Positions 29,538 to 38,447 of a DNA stretch of 64,000 nucleotides are shown piece after piece. The translations under genes and the position numbers were made by a program. Below the pieces are notes generated by a model. The model worked only from the letters and a program-made list of their open reading frames with translations, did not search any database and was not told the DNA's origin. The first letter of the stretch is position 1, and every line of letters starts with the position of its first letter. Origin of the DNA: Nitrospinaceae bacterium (lineage in GTDB: Bacteria; UBA8248); assembly GCA_018669005.1 (NCBI GenBank), contig JABJAL010000034.1:2298-66297 (forward strand). The letters are read 5' to 3'.

Positions 29538-30095
29538 ATGGCGCAGAACATGATCAGTGAAGAGCGGATCATGCAGGAAGTCTTCGACGCAATCGTTCAC
29601 ACCACCGGTGTGGACAAGGACACGATTACCCCGGATAGCTCGCTTGTGGAAGATCTGGATGTCCTGTCTCTTGATTTTCTCGATGTGAATTTTCGGCTAG
29701 AGCAGGTCTTCGGTATCAAAATGGCCCGCAGCTTTGTTCTTGAGCATGTCGAGGAAATGTTTGGCGAGGGTGTGGCAATAGATGAGAACAACGATGTCAC
29801 TGAAAAGGGTGTCGAAATTCTAAAGTTGCGCCTGACTGAGGCGGCGAACGATCTCGATCCGGGAACCCCTGTCGATGAACTTCCGGCCCTCGTTACCTCC
29901 CGAACGCTTGCAGCGGGTGTTGGTGACATTCTTGCCCACTTGCCGGACAAGAGCCCTGCCGGGGTGGACTGGAAAACGGAGGACGGCACTCACATTGTCT
30001 GCTCTGAAACCGGCAAAGCCCCTGTGTTGCCCAGCGGCGATGATGTGATCCAGAACTGGCTGAAATCTCTCCAGGAAGAAAAACAAATCTTCTAG
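29538..30095 (+). CDS. acyl carrier protein with ~100-aa C-terminal extension
   Basis: ACP core aligns to the canonical pattern (LDVLSLDFLDV vs LGADSLDTVEL), with the Ser conserved. Followed by a non-ACP C-terminal half. 185 aa. Confidence 0.55.
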   Translation: MAQNMISEERIMQEVFDAIVHTTGVDKDTITPDSSLVEDLDVLSLDFLDVNFRLEQVFGIKMARSFVLEHVEEMFGEGVAIDENNDVTEKGVEILKLRLTEAANDLDPGTPVDELPALVTSRTLAAGVGDILAHLPDKSPAGVDWKTEDGTHIVCSETGKAPVLPSGDDVIQNWLKSLQEEKQIF

Positions 30096-30125
30096 TTCAC
30101 TCGCCGCCCTGTTTTACCTCGGGAG

Positions 30126-31445
30126 TTGCCCTCGATGGCACGGCCCCAAAAACGTGTCGTAGTTACCGGCTACGGGATGATGACTCCCCTCGGGGGAGAT
30201 GTTGCCTCCAGTTTCGATGCGGCGCGCGAGGGAAAATCCGGCATCGACTATATCCGCCTTTTCGACCCGGCGAAGCTGCCCTGTCAAATTGCTGGTGAAG
30301 TGGACGACGCCTGGATTGAGGCACGCGAGGTGCCCTCCCACCGCAAACTTCTAAAATTTGCCACGCGTGGCGTCCGGATGATGCTTACAGCTACGGGAGA
30401 GTCCGCGAGCCACGCTCGCCTTAGCGAGATTGCTGATCGCTCTCGCATTGGGGTCGCGATCGGATCGCATGGCGAGCACCCTGATATTCCCCAGATGATT
30501 CAACTATTCCGCCAGTGGCGCCCGGGTGGTGGCTCCCCCTGGGAGGGCCATTGGGACTTCAGCGAGCTATTTAATTCGGGTGGCTACGATTTCCTTCAGT
30601 TCTATCGGCGAAAAATAGATGTGGCCACTTCTGTAGTGGCGACAGGGTTTGATGCCCAAGGACCGACGATTTCGGTTTGCTCGGCCTGCGCGGCGGGTGG
30701 GCAGGCAGTGGGCGAGGCACTTCGCTTGATTCGCGACGGGAAGGCGGATGCGATGATCGCGGGTGGTTGTGAATCTGCGATCTCCTATGCCGGTTTTTTT
30801 GGTTTCGTTCTCCTGACAGCGCTTGTTGAAAAGTACGAAACGCCACAGATGGCCTCGCGCCCCTTCGACCGGCGGCGAAACGGTTTTGTCATGTCTGAGG
30901 GCGCTGGCTCTTTAGTGCTTGAGGAACTTGAACACGCGCTGGCACGAAAAGCGCCAATTTTGGGCGAGGTGCTAGGCTACGGCGATTCGGCTGATGCTTT
31001 TCGCATTACTGACATGCACCCCAAGGGAGCCGGAGCCGTTCTTGCGATGCGTGGGGCGCTCGCTGATGCAGGCATTTCTATCGAAGATGTGGATTACATT
31101 AATGCGCACGGTACATCGACTCCTAAAAATGATCTCACCGAAACGACTGCGATTAAACAAGTGTTCGGCGATAGGGCGAGTAGCATTCCGATAAGTTCGA
31201 ACAAATCAATGGTCGGGCACACTATTGGAGCGGCGGGCGCAGTTGAGGCAATCTTCTCTCTTGAAGGAATGCGCCGCTCGGAGATTCTTCCCACAATTAA
31301 CTACGAGAACCCGGACCCGAAGTGCGATCTGGATTATGTTCCTAATGAAATGCGTCCCTCCGAGCACCGGGTTGTCTTGTCGAACAGCTTTGGTTTCGGC
31401 GGACAAAATGCCTCGCTTTGCTTTGGCCGCTACGAGGGTGAGTGA
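30126..31445 (+). CDS. beta-ketoacyl-ACP synthase (KS alpha-like, FabF family)
   Basis: Active-site Cys (SVCSACAAGG) and both His motifs (NAHGTSTPKND, VGHTIGAAG). Confidence 0.85.
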   Translation: MPSMARPQKRVVVTGYGMMTPLGGDVASSFDAAREGKSGIDYIRLFDPAKLPCQIAGEVDDAWIEAREVPSHRKLLKFATRGVRMMLTATGESASHARLSEIADRSRIGVAIGSHGEHPDIPQMIQLFRQWRPGGGSPWEGHWDFSELFNSGGYDFLQFYRRKIDVATSVVATGFDAQGPTISVCSACAAGGQAVGEALRLIRDGKADAMIAGGCESAISYAGFFGFVLLTALVEKYETPQMASRPFDRRRNGFVMSEGAGSLVLEELEHALARKAPILGEVLGYGDSADAFRITDMHPKGAGAVLAMRGALADAGISIEDVDYINAHGTSTPKNDLTETTAIKQVFGDRASSIPISSNKSMVGHTIGAAGAVEAIFSLEGMRRSEILPTINYENPDPKCDLDYVPNEMRPSEHRVVLSNSFGFGGQNASLCFGRYEGE

Positions 31446-32689
31446 ACTCGATGTCTACTACTTTTGCCGTCACAGGAGGCGGAATAGTCTCTGCGGCGGG
31501 AAGAGGTGTGGACGTCGCATGGGAGTCGCTTTGTAAGGGTGAAAGTTTTCTCGCCCTGGATGTTGATCCCGGCCTCTCGGGTTTTGCGCCGATAGCCTCG
31601 GCGCGATGTGCTGCCATTGACCCTGAGGAACTTGGTGCTGATCGACGCGCCGCACGAATCATGGGGCATCAAACCCACATGTTGCTCGCTACGGTATCCG
31701 AGGCGATTAAAAAATCAGGTAAAGACATTGGCGGCGAGGAGACAGCTTTTTTTGCCGGAATGGATTCGGTAGACCCTGAGGAGGGCGATCTCGTTTCCGC
31801 TGCGCTGTCCGCGCGCAAGGAGGGCGGCGTTGATTTGGATAAATTTTATGACGAGGGGATGGCGCAAATTCCGCCGCTCTGGCCGCTCGGAATGCTCAAT
31901 GCCATTGGGTTCTGTCAGGTGGCGATTCAGTTCGATTTGCGGGGCGAGAACGGAACATTCAGCCCGGGACCTGAGGCCGCTAGTCGGGCCTTGATTGAGG
32001 CAGCCGAGTCCTTGCGAGAGGAAAAGGCGGGGGTCGCGCTGGCCGCCGGGGTGAGCCCATCTGTTTCGGCTCGCTCCGTTGCCCGCTATATCAATCGTGG
32101 ATTCTTGCCTGTATCAGGTGATGGTCAATTTCCCCGTCCTTTTTCGGGTGCTGGTGTCGCTGCACTGGGAGAGGGCGCAGGCGTTTTGTTGATTGAGTCC
32201 GGGAAGGCCGCAGCGGCGAGAGGGGCTGCTAGCATGGGATTTTTGAGAGGGTGGGGTCGAGCCACCGCTCTCGATGAAGGTGCAGGGCTCAAAGAGGCGA
32301 TTAAGGATTCGATTGGCGTGGCGCTAGGATCGGCTGGATTAAGCCCTGGCGATGTGGACCTCGTGGTGGTTCACGGTGCGGGACATCCCGATGAGGATGA
32401 GGCCGAGGCTGCGGCGTTGTTAAGTGTATTTGGCGCGCGCCGCCCGTACGCACTTGCGACAAAGGGCGCCCTTGGTCATCTTTTAGGGGCCTCGCCAATT
32501 GTGGATTTGTTGCTGGCGCTCCGAGCGCTGGGTGAGGGTGTTGTATTGCCGAGCCCGGGGGTGGGCGAGATGGGGCAGGATGCCCTTGAGTTTTCGGATG
32601 TTCCCGTGGCCGCCGAAATGAAAAGGGCGCTAGTTTTGTCGAGAGGATTTGAGGGCTCATGTGCGGCGTTTTGTGCTAGCGCGGCATGA
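31442..32689 (+). CDS. ketosynthase-like chain-length-factor (KS beta/CLF) paralog lacking active-site Cys
   Basis: KS fold throughout, but the active-site Cys position reads LRGENGTFSPGP. Overlaps the upstream KS by 4 nt. Confidence 0.65.
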   Translation: MNSMSTTFAVTGGGIVSAAGRGVDVAWESLCKGESFLALDVDPGLSGFAPIASARCAAIDPEELGADRRAARIMGHQTHMLLATVSEAIKKSGKDIGGEETAFFAGMDSVDPEEGDLVSAALSARKEGGVDLDKFYDEGMAQIPPLWPLGMLNAIGFCQVAIQFDLRGENGTFSPGPEAASRALIEAAESLREEKAGVALAAGVSPSVSARSVARYINRGFLPVSGDGQFPRPFSGAGVAALGEGAGVLLIESGKAAAARGAASMGFLRGWGRATALDEGAGLKEAIKDSIGVALGSAGLSPGDVDLVVVHGAGHPDEDEAEAAALLSVFGARRPYALATKGALGHLLGASPIVDLLLALRALGEGVVLPSPGVGEMGQDALEFSDVPVAAEMKRALVLSRGFEGSCAAFCASAA

Positions 32690-32728
32690 AACGATTATCT
32701 GGTCATTGTTTTATCCGAGGAGAGAGAT

Positions 32729-33190
32729 TTGCGGTTCCTCTACTTTGATCGCATCACCGAGGTTGAGAGCGGAAAGCGAGTCAGCGGGGTAAAGACGTTC
32801 CCGTTGTCCGAGGCCTATCTCAAGGGGCATTTTACCCGAGCGCCTCTGATTCCGGGCTCGATTCTGATCGAAGCCATGGCTCAGATCACGGGCTGGCTCA
32901 TTGTCTATACCCACAAATGTGAGACGGCCTGCGTAATTTCGCTTATCAACAACGTCAAGGTGCCCATCGACCTTCGGGCGGGGACGACGGTGGATATTCA
33001 CGGTGAAATACTCGACACCGATAAACGCTGGAGCCGGTGCCGTGCGTGGGTGGAGCGCGATGGCGAGACGATTGCGAGCGCGGATCGATTTTTGTTTCCA
33101 CATTTCAAAGAGCCATATCCTGAGGAAACGGCCCAACGGTTTCGCCATTTGGGCTGGCTTGAGCCCCGCTGGGACTGGGAGGCATCGTGA
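32729..33190 (+). CDS. FabZ/FabA-like 3-hydroxyacyl-ACP dehydratase (hotdog)
   Basis: LKGHFTRAPLIPGSILIEAMAQ matches the FabZ catalytic motif. Confidence 0.75.
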   Translation: MRFLYFDRITEVESGKRVSGVKTFPLSEAYLKGHFTRAPLIPGSILIEAMAQITGWLIVYTHKCETACVISLINNVKVPIDLRAGTTVDIHGEILDTDKRWSRCRAWVERDGETIASADRFLFPHFKEPYPEETAQRFRHLGWLEPRWDWEAS

Positions 33191-34458
33191 GCGAAGTTCA
33201 CATCACCGGTATGGGCATGGTGACAGCCCTCGGTTCAGATTTGGAGACCGCATGGAGCAAAGCGCTTCGGGGTGAATCTGGTGCGCGAGCGGTTTCTTCT
33301 TTCGAGGCCGGGCGTCTTCCCATCGCGGGGGCGGGCGAGGTGTCGCTGGAGGAACTCGCCGCTCTCAAAGAGCGGCTTCCGGAGGAATACGCTGGCGAGG
33401 GGGAGCGGCGTGTGCTGTTCGCCCTCGATGCCGCGCAGAGTGCACTTGAGGATGCGGGATTGGCACTAGGAGAGGCAGATCCTGTGCGCTCGGGCGTGCT
33501 GATGGGAACCGGATTAAGTTCCTATCGCCTAGAGGATTTTGCTGCCTGGATTGGCGAGGATGATAAATTTGATACTACCCGTTTTGCGGTCGAGATCGAG
33601 AAGACCCATCCAGCGGGATATTTTCGAAATCCGCCAGAGCGGGCCACCTCGCTGATTTCTAAGTGGGCCGGCTTCAGAGGCCCATCGGCTACGATGACTT
33701 CAGCTTGCGCAGCAGCCGGGCAGGCCATTGGCCTTGGCATGCGTATGATTCGCCGGGGAGAGGCCGACGTTATCCTCTGCGGCGGGGCGGACTCGATGAT
33801 CCATCCTGTCGGGATGGCGATTTTTCTACTCCTTGGCGCAGCGACGACCACCGACGCCCCACCTGAGAATCTTTGTCGCCCCTTTGACAGGAGACGCTCG
33901 GGCCTGGTGGTTGGCGAGGGGGCCGGGGTGCTGGTTCTTGAGTCAGCCGAGCATGCCTCTCGGCGCGGGGCGAGGGTCTATGCCAAACTGTCTGGCTACG
34001 GGTCGAGCATGGATGCCTATCAGGTGACAGCGCCCGATCCAAAGGGAAGGGGCGCTGCACGCTCGATGAGTGAGGCGCTTCGTGATGCTGGGATGGCCCC
34101 CGAGGATATCGCTTATGTAAATGCCCATGGGACGGGAACGAAGCTTAATGATCCAGCCGAGACGCTGGCGATTAAAGAGGTGTTCGGCCCTTGGGCGGAA
34201 AAACTCGCTATCAGTTCGAGCAAGTCGATGATTGGCCATCTTATTGCGGCCTGCGGTGCGCCCGAGTTGATATTCACCACGCTCAGCGTGGCTCGCGATG
34301 AAGTGCATCCCACTCTGAATCTGGAAAACCCTGATCGCAAGTGCGATCTTGATTATGTCCCGAACGAGTCACGCAAGATGGCGGTTCCCGCCGCGATATC
34401 GAACTCGTTTGGTTTTGGTGGCCAGAACGTGACTCTCGTTGTCAGAAAGGCGGCATAG
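33187..34458 (+). CDS. beta-ketoacyl-ACP synthase (FabB/FabF family)
   Basis: MTSACAAAGQA active-site Cys, NAHGTGTKLND and IGHLIAACGA His motifs. Confidence 0.85.
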   Translation: MSEVHITGMGMVTALGSDLETAWSKALRGESGARAVSSFEAGRLPIAGAGEVSLEELAALKERLPEEYAGEGERRVLFALDAAQSALEDAGLALGEADPVRSGVLMGTGLSSYRLEDFAAWIGEDDKFDTTRFAVEIEKTHPAGYFRNPPERATSLISKWAGFRGPSATMTSACAAAGQAIGLGMRMIRRGEADVILCGGADSMIHPVGMAIFLLLGAATTTDAPPENLCRPFDRRRSGLVVGEGAGVLVLESAEHASRRGARVYAKLSGYGSSMDAYQVTAPDPKGRGAARSMSEALRDAGMAPEDIAYVNAHGTGTKLNDPAETLAIKEVFGPWAEKLAISSSKSMIGHLIAACGAPELIFTTLSVARDEVHPTLNLENPDRKCDLDYVPNESRKMAVPAAISNSFGFGGQNVTLVVRKAA

Positions 34459-35211
34459 ATGAACATTGATTTGAGCGGAAAGGTGGCGCTTGTAACCGGA
34501 GGCGGGCGCGGCATAGGGCGTGCGTGCGCTCTGGCGCTCGCGGCGTCGGGCGCACAGGTGGCGATCAACTACAGCGCCTCGCAAGAAGCGTCCGAGGAGG
34601 TGAAGGCCGAAATTGAAAAGGCCGGTGGCCGGGCCGAGTGCTATCAGGCGGATGTCTCCTCATTCGAGCAGGTCGAGGCCATGTTCGAGAAGGTGAAGGA
34701 GGATTTTGGCACGCTGGATATTCTGGTGAACAACGCAGGTGTCATCAAGGACACGCTTTTGCTACGTATGAAGCCTGCCGACTGGGATAAAGTTATCGGG
34801 GTGAGCCTGAATGGCGTTTACAACTGCACGAAAATGGCGGCCGAGATTATGATGCGCGCGCGCACAGGGTGTGTCGTGAATATTTCCTCGATCATTGGAA
34901 TCATGAGTGGTGGCGGGCAGACGAACTATGCCGCCGCCAAGGCGGGGGTGATTTCATTCACACGGGCCTGCGCGGCTGAAATGAGCGGGCGCGGGCTGCG
35001 CTTCAACGCCGTTTTGCCCGGTATGATTGAAACCGACATGAGCGAGGTTGCCCGAAAACACGCGGGCGATAAAATTATGGAGCGAATTCCTTCGAAACGG
35101 TTCGGGCAGCCAGAAGATATTGCCGGTATTGTCGTATTTCTCTCCTCGTCGGCGTCGAGCTACATCAATGGCGAGGCGATTACAGTTGACGGCGGCATGC
35201 ACATCGGTTGA
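34459..35211 (+). CDS. fabG: 3-oxoacyl-ACP reductase FabG
   Basis: TGGGRGIG, NNAG, and S...Y-AAAK catalytic tetrad (NYAAAKAG). Confidence 0.85.
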   Translation: MNIDLSGKVALVTGGGRGIGRACALALAASGAQVAINYSASQEASEEVKAEIEKAGGRAECYQADVSSFEQVEAMFEKVKEDFGTLDILVNNAGVIKDTLLLRMKPADWDKVIGVSLNGVYNCTKMAAEIMMRARTGCVVNISSIIGIMSGGGQTNYAAAKAGVISFTRACAAEMSGRGLRFNAVLPGMIETDMSEVARKHAGDKIMERIPSKRFGQPEDIAGIVVFLSSSASSYINGEAITVDGGMHIG

Positions 35212-35227
35212 GGAGCGGAGAATTAGA

Positions 35228-35635
35228 GTGCGTTTGTATCAGGGCGTTGATTTAATAGAGATTGATCGGATTAAGGTGGCGCATGATCGCCAAGGGGCTT
35301 TCGGAAAAGATATTTTTACGGAGGCCGAACTGGCATATTGCAATTCTCGGCCCGATCCGTATCCGCATTTAGCTGGGCGCTTTGCGGCCAAGGAGGCATG
35401 CCTCAAAGCCTTCGGGGTGGGAATGGGTGGATTCGGCGCCATCGGTCGTTTTCAGGAGATTGAAGTGGAATCCACGCCCTCGGGCAAACCTACTCTCCTT
35501 CTGCACGGGTCGATGGAGAAAATGCGAATGCGGCTCAAGATTGATCAGGTGACGGTTTCGATTAGCCACGCCGATAGTTTCGCTGTAGCGACGGTGATGA
35601 TGCTAGGCGCAGCCGCGGGCGTTGAGGAAGAATAA
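35228..35635 (+). CDS. acpS: holo-ACP synthase (4'-phosphopantetheinyl transferase AcpS)
   Basis: GVDLIEIDRI N-terminus, FAAKEAxxKA and SISH motifs. GTG start. 136 aa. Confidence 0.75.
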   Translation: MRLYQGVDLIEIDRIKVAHDRQGAFGKDIFTEAELAYCNSRPDPYPHLAGRFAAKEACLKAFGVGMGGFGAIGRFQEIEVESTPSGKPTLLLHGSMEKMRMRLKIDQVTVSISHADSFAVATVMMLGAAAGVEEE

Positions 35636-35650
35636 CAATGCGGGAGGAGC

Positions 35651-36106
35651 ATGATGCGCTATTTGCTGGTTGATCGCGTGACTTCATGGGAGCGCGGAGC
35701 CACCATGGTAGGCGTCAAGAACGTCACCATGAGCGAGGATTTCTTGGAATTTCACTTTCCGCGCTTTCCTGTGATGCCTGGCTCGATGATTCTTGAGGCG
35801 CTCGTTCAACTAACAGGATGGCTTGAGGCGGCGAGTTCTGATTTTTCCAGATGGTTTCTTCTTGAGCAGGTTAAGACGGTTAAATATTACGGTTTCGCCC
35901 TGCCGGGCGACCAGATTGAACTCAGAGTCGAGGCAGCCGGGGAAGATGAAGGGCTTGCTCTCTACAAGGGTCTTGCCCAGGTAGAGGGCGAGCGAAAAGT
36001 GGTGGTAGATTTTGCCGGTAGGATGGTTGATCTCAAAGACTATGAAGATCCTGCTGAGCAGGCGCACCTTTTTAAAATATTAAATCGAGAAATAACACTC
36101 TCTTAA
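35651..36106 (+). CDS. second FabZ-like hotdog dehydratase
   Basis: FLEFHFPRFPVMPGSMILEALVQ hotdog catalytic motif. Confidence 0.7.
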   Translation: MMRYLLVDRVTSWERGATMVGVKNVTMSEDFLEFHFPRFPVMPGSMILEALVQLTGWLEAASSDFSRWFLLEQVKTVKYYGFALPGDQIELRVEAAGEDEGLALYKGLAQVEGERKVVVDFAGRMVDLKDYEDPAEQAHLFKILNREITLS

Positions 36107-36119
36107 AAGAGCGGTTGAT

Positions 36120-37415
36120 ATGATGGAAGGCAGGGAAGTCTGGATTACGGGTGCCGGGATGCTCTCCCCTCTTGGGGCTGGCGTCGATGCGAATTGGGAG
36201 GGGCTTCGGTCCGGGCGGCGCGGCGTCGTTCGACAGCCTCAGCAGAATGCGGCCCCGTTTCCCGATAACTTTCTCTATTTCGGCACGGTGGCAGGTCATG
36301 AAGAGCCGCCAGAGGTGCCGCCCAATCTCAACAGCCAGAGGAAATTTCTGAACCGCTCCTCGATCCTTGGGCTCCACGCGGCCGCAGAGGCGATTGAGAG
36401 CGCAGGTGTTGATTTGCTGTCCATGCCGCCTGAGCGAAAATCGCTTTATGTCGGCTCTGGTGACTACACACGTCTTGAGTATCTCGATTTTTACCAGTCC
36501 TTTGCCGAGACCGCTGGTCCCTATTGGGGTCTTCCCGATCCAGAGGAGTTGAACGAGGTGGCGCTACATCAGGTGAACCCGTTTTATCTGCTGGAAGGGC
36601 TGGCGAATAATCTTTTCAGCTTCCTAACGGCGAGCTACGAAATTATGGGCACGAACGGGAGCATTGCGAGCCTGTCCTCGTGTGGTGCGCAAGCTCTTGA
36701 GGGTTGTGATCGGGCTCTTCGCTGGGGGAAGGCGGATCTCGGCCTGGTGGTGGGTTGCGGGTGCTGGATCAGCGCGTTGATTCGTTTCGAACTTGACGGA
36801 CTGGGAATACTTTCCAGAGCCCACGATGGAGTCGACTCGTTCAGGCCACTGGACAGGCGGCGCGATGGGTTTTTCCCGTCCGAGGGGGCTGCTGCTCTGG
36901 TGCTAGAGGTGGCGGAGGTTGCAGAGGCGCGAGGCGCAAAACCAATTGGAAGAATACTGGGCACGGGAAATTTTCAGGAAGTTTCGTCGGGTGCCCATAT
37001 CTCGGTGCCAGGCGATTCTGTCAGCCGAGCGAGCCGGGCGGCGATGGGCGAGGGCGATAAGTCCCCCACCGACCTTTCTTTTGTCCTTCCGCATGGGAGC
37101 GGCACCAAAAAGGGAGATCGCGCCGAAATGCGGGCGCTCAAGGAATTTCTGAGCGGGAGCGAAGTGCCCCTTGCAGCCTGGAAACCCCATACGGGCCACA
37201 TGGGTTCGGCTAGTGATGTGGGTGAAATGATTCTCGGTCTCAAGGCGCTCCGGGAGGGTGCTCTTCCACCTACCCTGGGCTTCGAGACGGCTGAAAAAGA
37301 ATTCGACAATCTCGATATCGCTGCCGAGGAAAGAGTGATCGAGGGGGACTCGTTTCTTTCGCTGAGTCATGGCCTTGGCGGCCAGTCTTCCGCCACACTT
37401 TTATCGGCACCGTGA
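36120..37415 (+). CDS. third beta-ketoacyl synthase-family protein
   Basis: KS N-terminus (VWITGAGMLSPLG), Cys (SSCGAQ), and His motifs (LPHGSGTKKGD, TGHMGSASD). Divergent from FabF/FabB. Confidence 0.7.
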   Translation: MMEGREVWITGAGMLSPLGAGVDANWEGLRSGRRGVVRQPQQNAAPFPDNFLYFGTVAGHEEPPEVPPNLNSQRKFLNRSSILGLHAAAEAIESAGVDLLSMPPERKSLYVGSGDYTRLEYLDFYQSFAETAGPYWGLPDPEELNEVALHQVNPFYLLEGLANNLFSFLTASYEIMGTNGSIASLSSCGAQALEGCDRALRWGKADLGLVVGCGCWISALIRFELDGLGILSRAHDGVDSFRPLDRRRDGFFPSEGAAALVLEVAEVAEARGAKPIGRILGTGNFQEVSSGAHISVPGDSVSRASRAAMGEGDKSPTDLSFVLPHGSGTKKGDRAEMRALKEFLSGSEVPLAAWKPHTGHMGSASDVGEMILGLKALREGALPPTLGFETAEKEFDNLDIAAEERVIEGDSFLSLSHGLGGQSSATLLSAP

Positions 37416-38434
37416 GTCCGGTAGTCGGGCGGGCCGCGAAGCCCCGCAAAAAACGACGCCGTAGCAAGGATAAAAGCCCCCTTCAGCAGAATGCTGAATT
37501 TTTCGCTGTCTTTGGTGCCCTCTCGATCATTCGATGGATCCCGCTCTGGTTGTGTAATATCCTCGCCAGACTTGTCGGGGCTGCTGTTTTCCAGCTAGCT
37601 CCACGTCGCCGAAAAATTCTTCTGAATAATCTTGAAATCGCATTTCCAGACATGAGCGAGGACGAGCGGGCCCGTATGGCGCGGGCGAGTTGTCGCTCGT
37701 TTGTGCTGACCGGGCTTGAAAGCGTCAAGTATCTCTACCGTTTTCGAATCGATGACGCGGAAAAGGAAGTTCGCCGGATGATCGATGGGGTGGAGTCTGT
37801 TTTCGATCAAGCGAGGCAGCTGCACGATGAGGCGGGTGGGTGCATTTTCGTAGTGCCTCATTTGGGTAACTGGGAGCTTATCGTGCACGGTGCCACAATT
37901 GCGCGAATACCAGTGACGGTTGTTGTGAGACCTCTCGACAATCCGAAACTAGAAAAACATCTATTCGAGATGCGCTCAGGTTCAGGGCAAGAGATTCTTG
38001 CAAAGCGAAATGCGCTCTTCTACCTCAGGACAGCACTACGAAAGGGAAGATCGGTTGGTCTGCTGGCGGATCAGCATGCCGGGATGAAGGGAATCGACGT
38101 GCCGTTTTTCGGGAAACCAGCGAGCACCACGACGGGACCTGCTGCCCTCGCCATTTCCTTTGGTCGCCCGATTATGCTGGTTGCTTGTGTGCGAAAGCCT
38201 GGAGGAGGAGCATATGAGGTGCTTTTGAGCGACCCGATTGTGCCCGACACAGAGGCGGAATCGCTTGTTGAGATCGAGCGGCTGACGACGCTTATGAACG
38301 TAGAGATTGAAAAGTTTGTCCGTAAATGCCCGGATCAATATTTGTGGCTGCACGATCGCTGGAAGCTAACGAAACTTTGGGGGCGATCGGCAGAATTTCT
38401 TGCGGAAAAAGAAAAAGAAGAAAAAAACGATTAA
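37412..38434 (+). CDS. LpxL/HtrB/MsbB-family lysophospholipid (lipid A-type) acyltransferase
   Basis: N-terminal TM helix, HLGNWE (HX4E/D) catalytic motif, and C-terminal QYLWLHDRWK signature. Confidence 0.75.
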   Translation: MSPVVGRAAKPRKKRRRSKDKSPLQQNAEFFAVFGALSIIRWIPLWLCNILARLVGAAVFQLAPRRRKILLNNLEIAFPDMSEDERARMARASCRSFVLTGLESVKYLYRFRIDDAEKEVRRMIDGVESVFDQARQLHDEAGGCIFVVPHLGNWELIVHGATIARIPVTVVVRPLDNPKLEKHLFEMRSGSGQEILAKRNALFYLRTALRKGRSVGLLADQHAGMKGIDVPFFGKPASTTTGPAALAISFGRPIMLVACVRKPGGGAYEVLLSDPIVPDTEAESLVEIERLTTLMNVEIEKFVRKCPDQYLWLHDRWKLTKLWGRSAEFLAEKEKEEKND

Positions 38435-38447
38435 GCTGGTATTTTTG

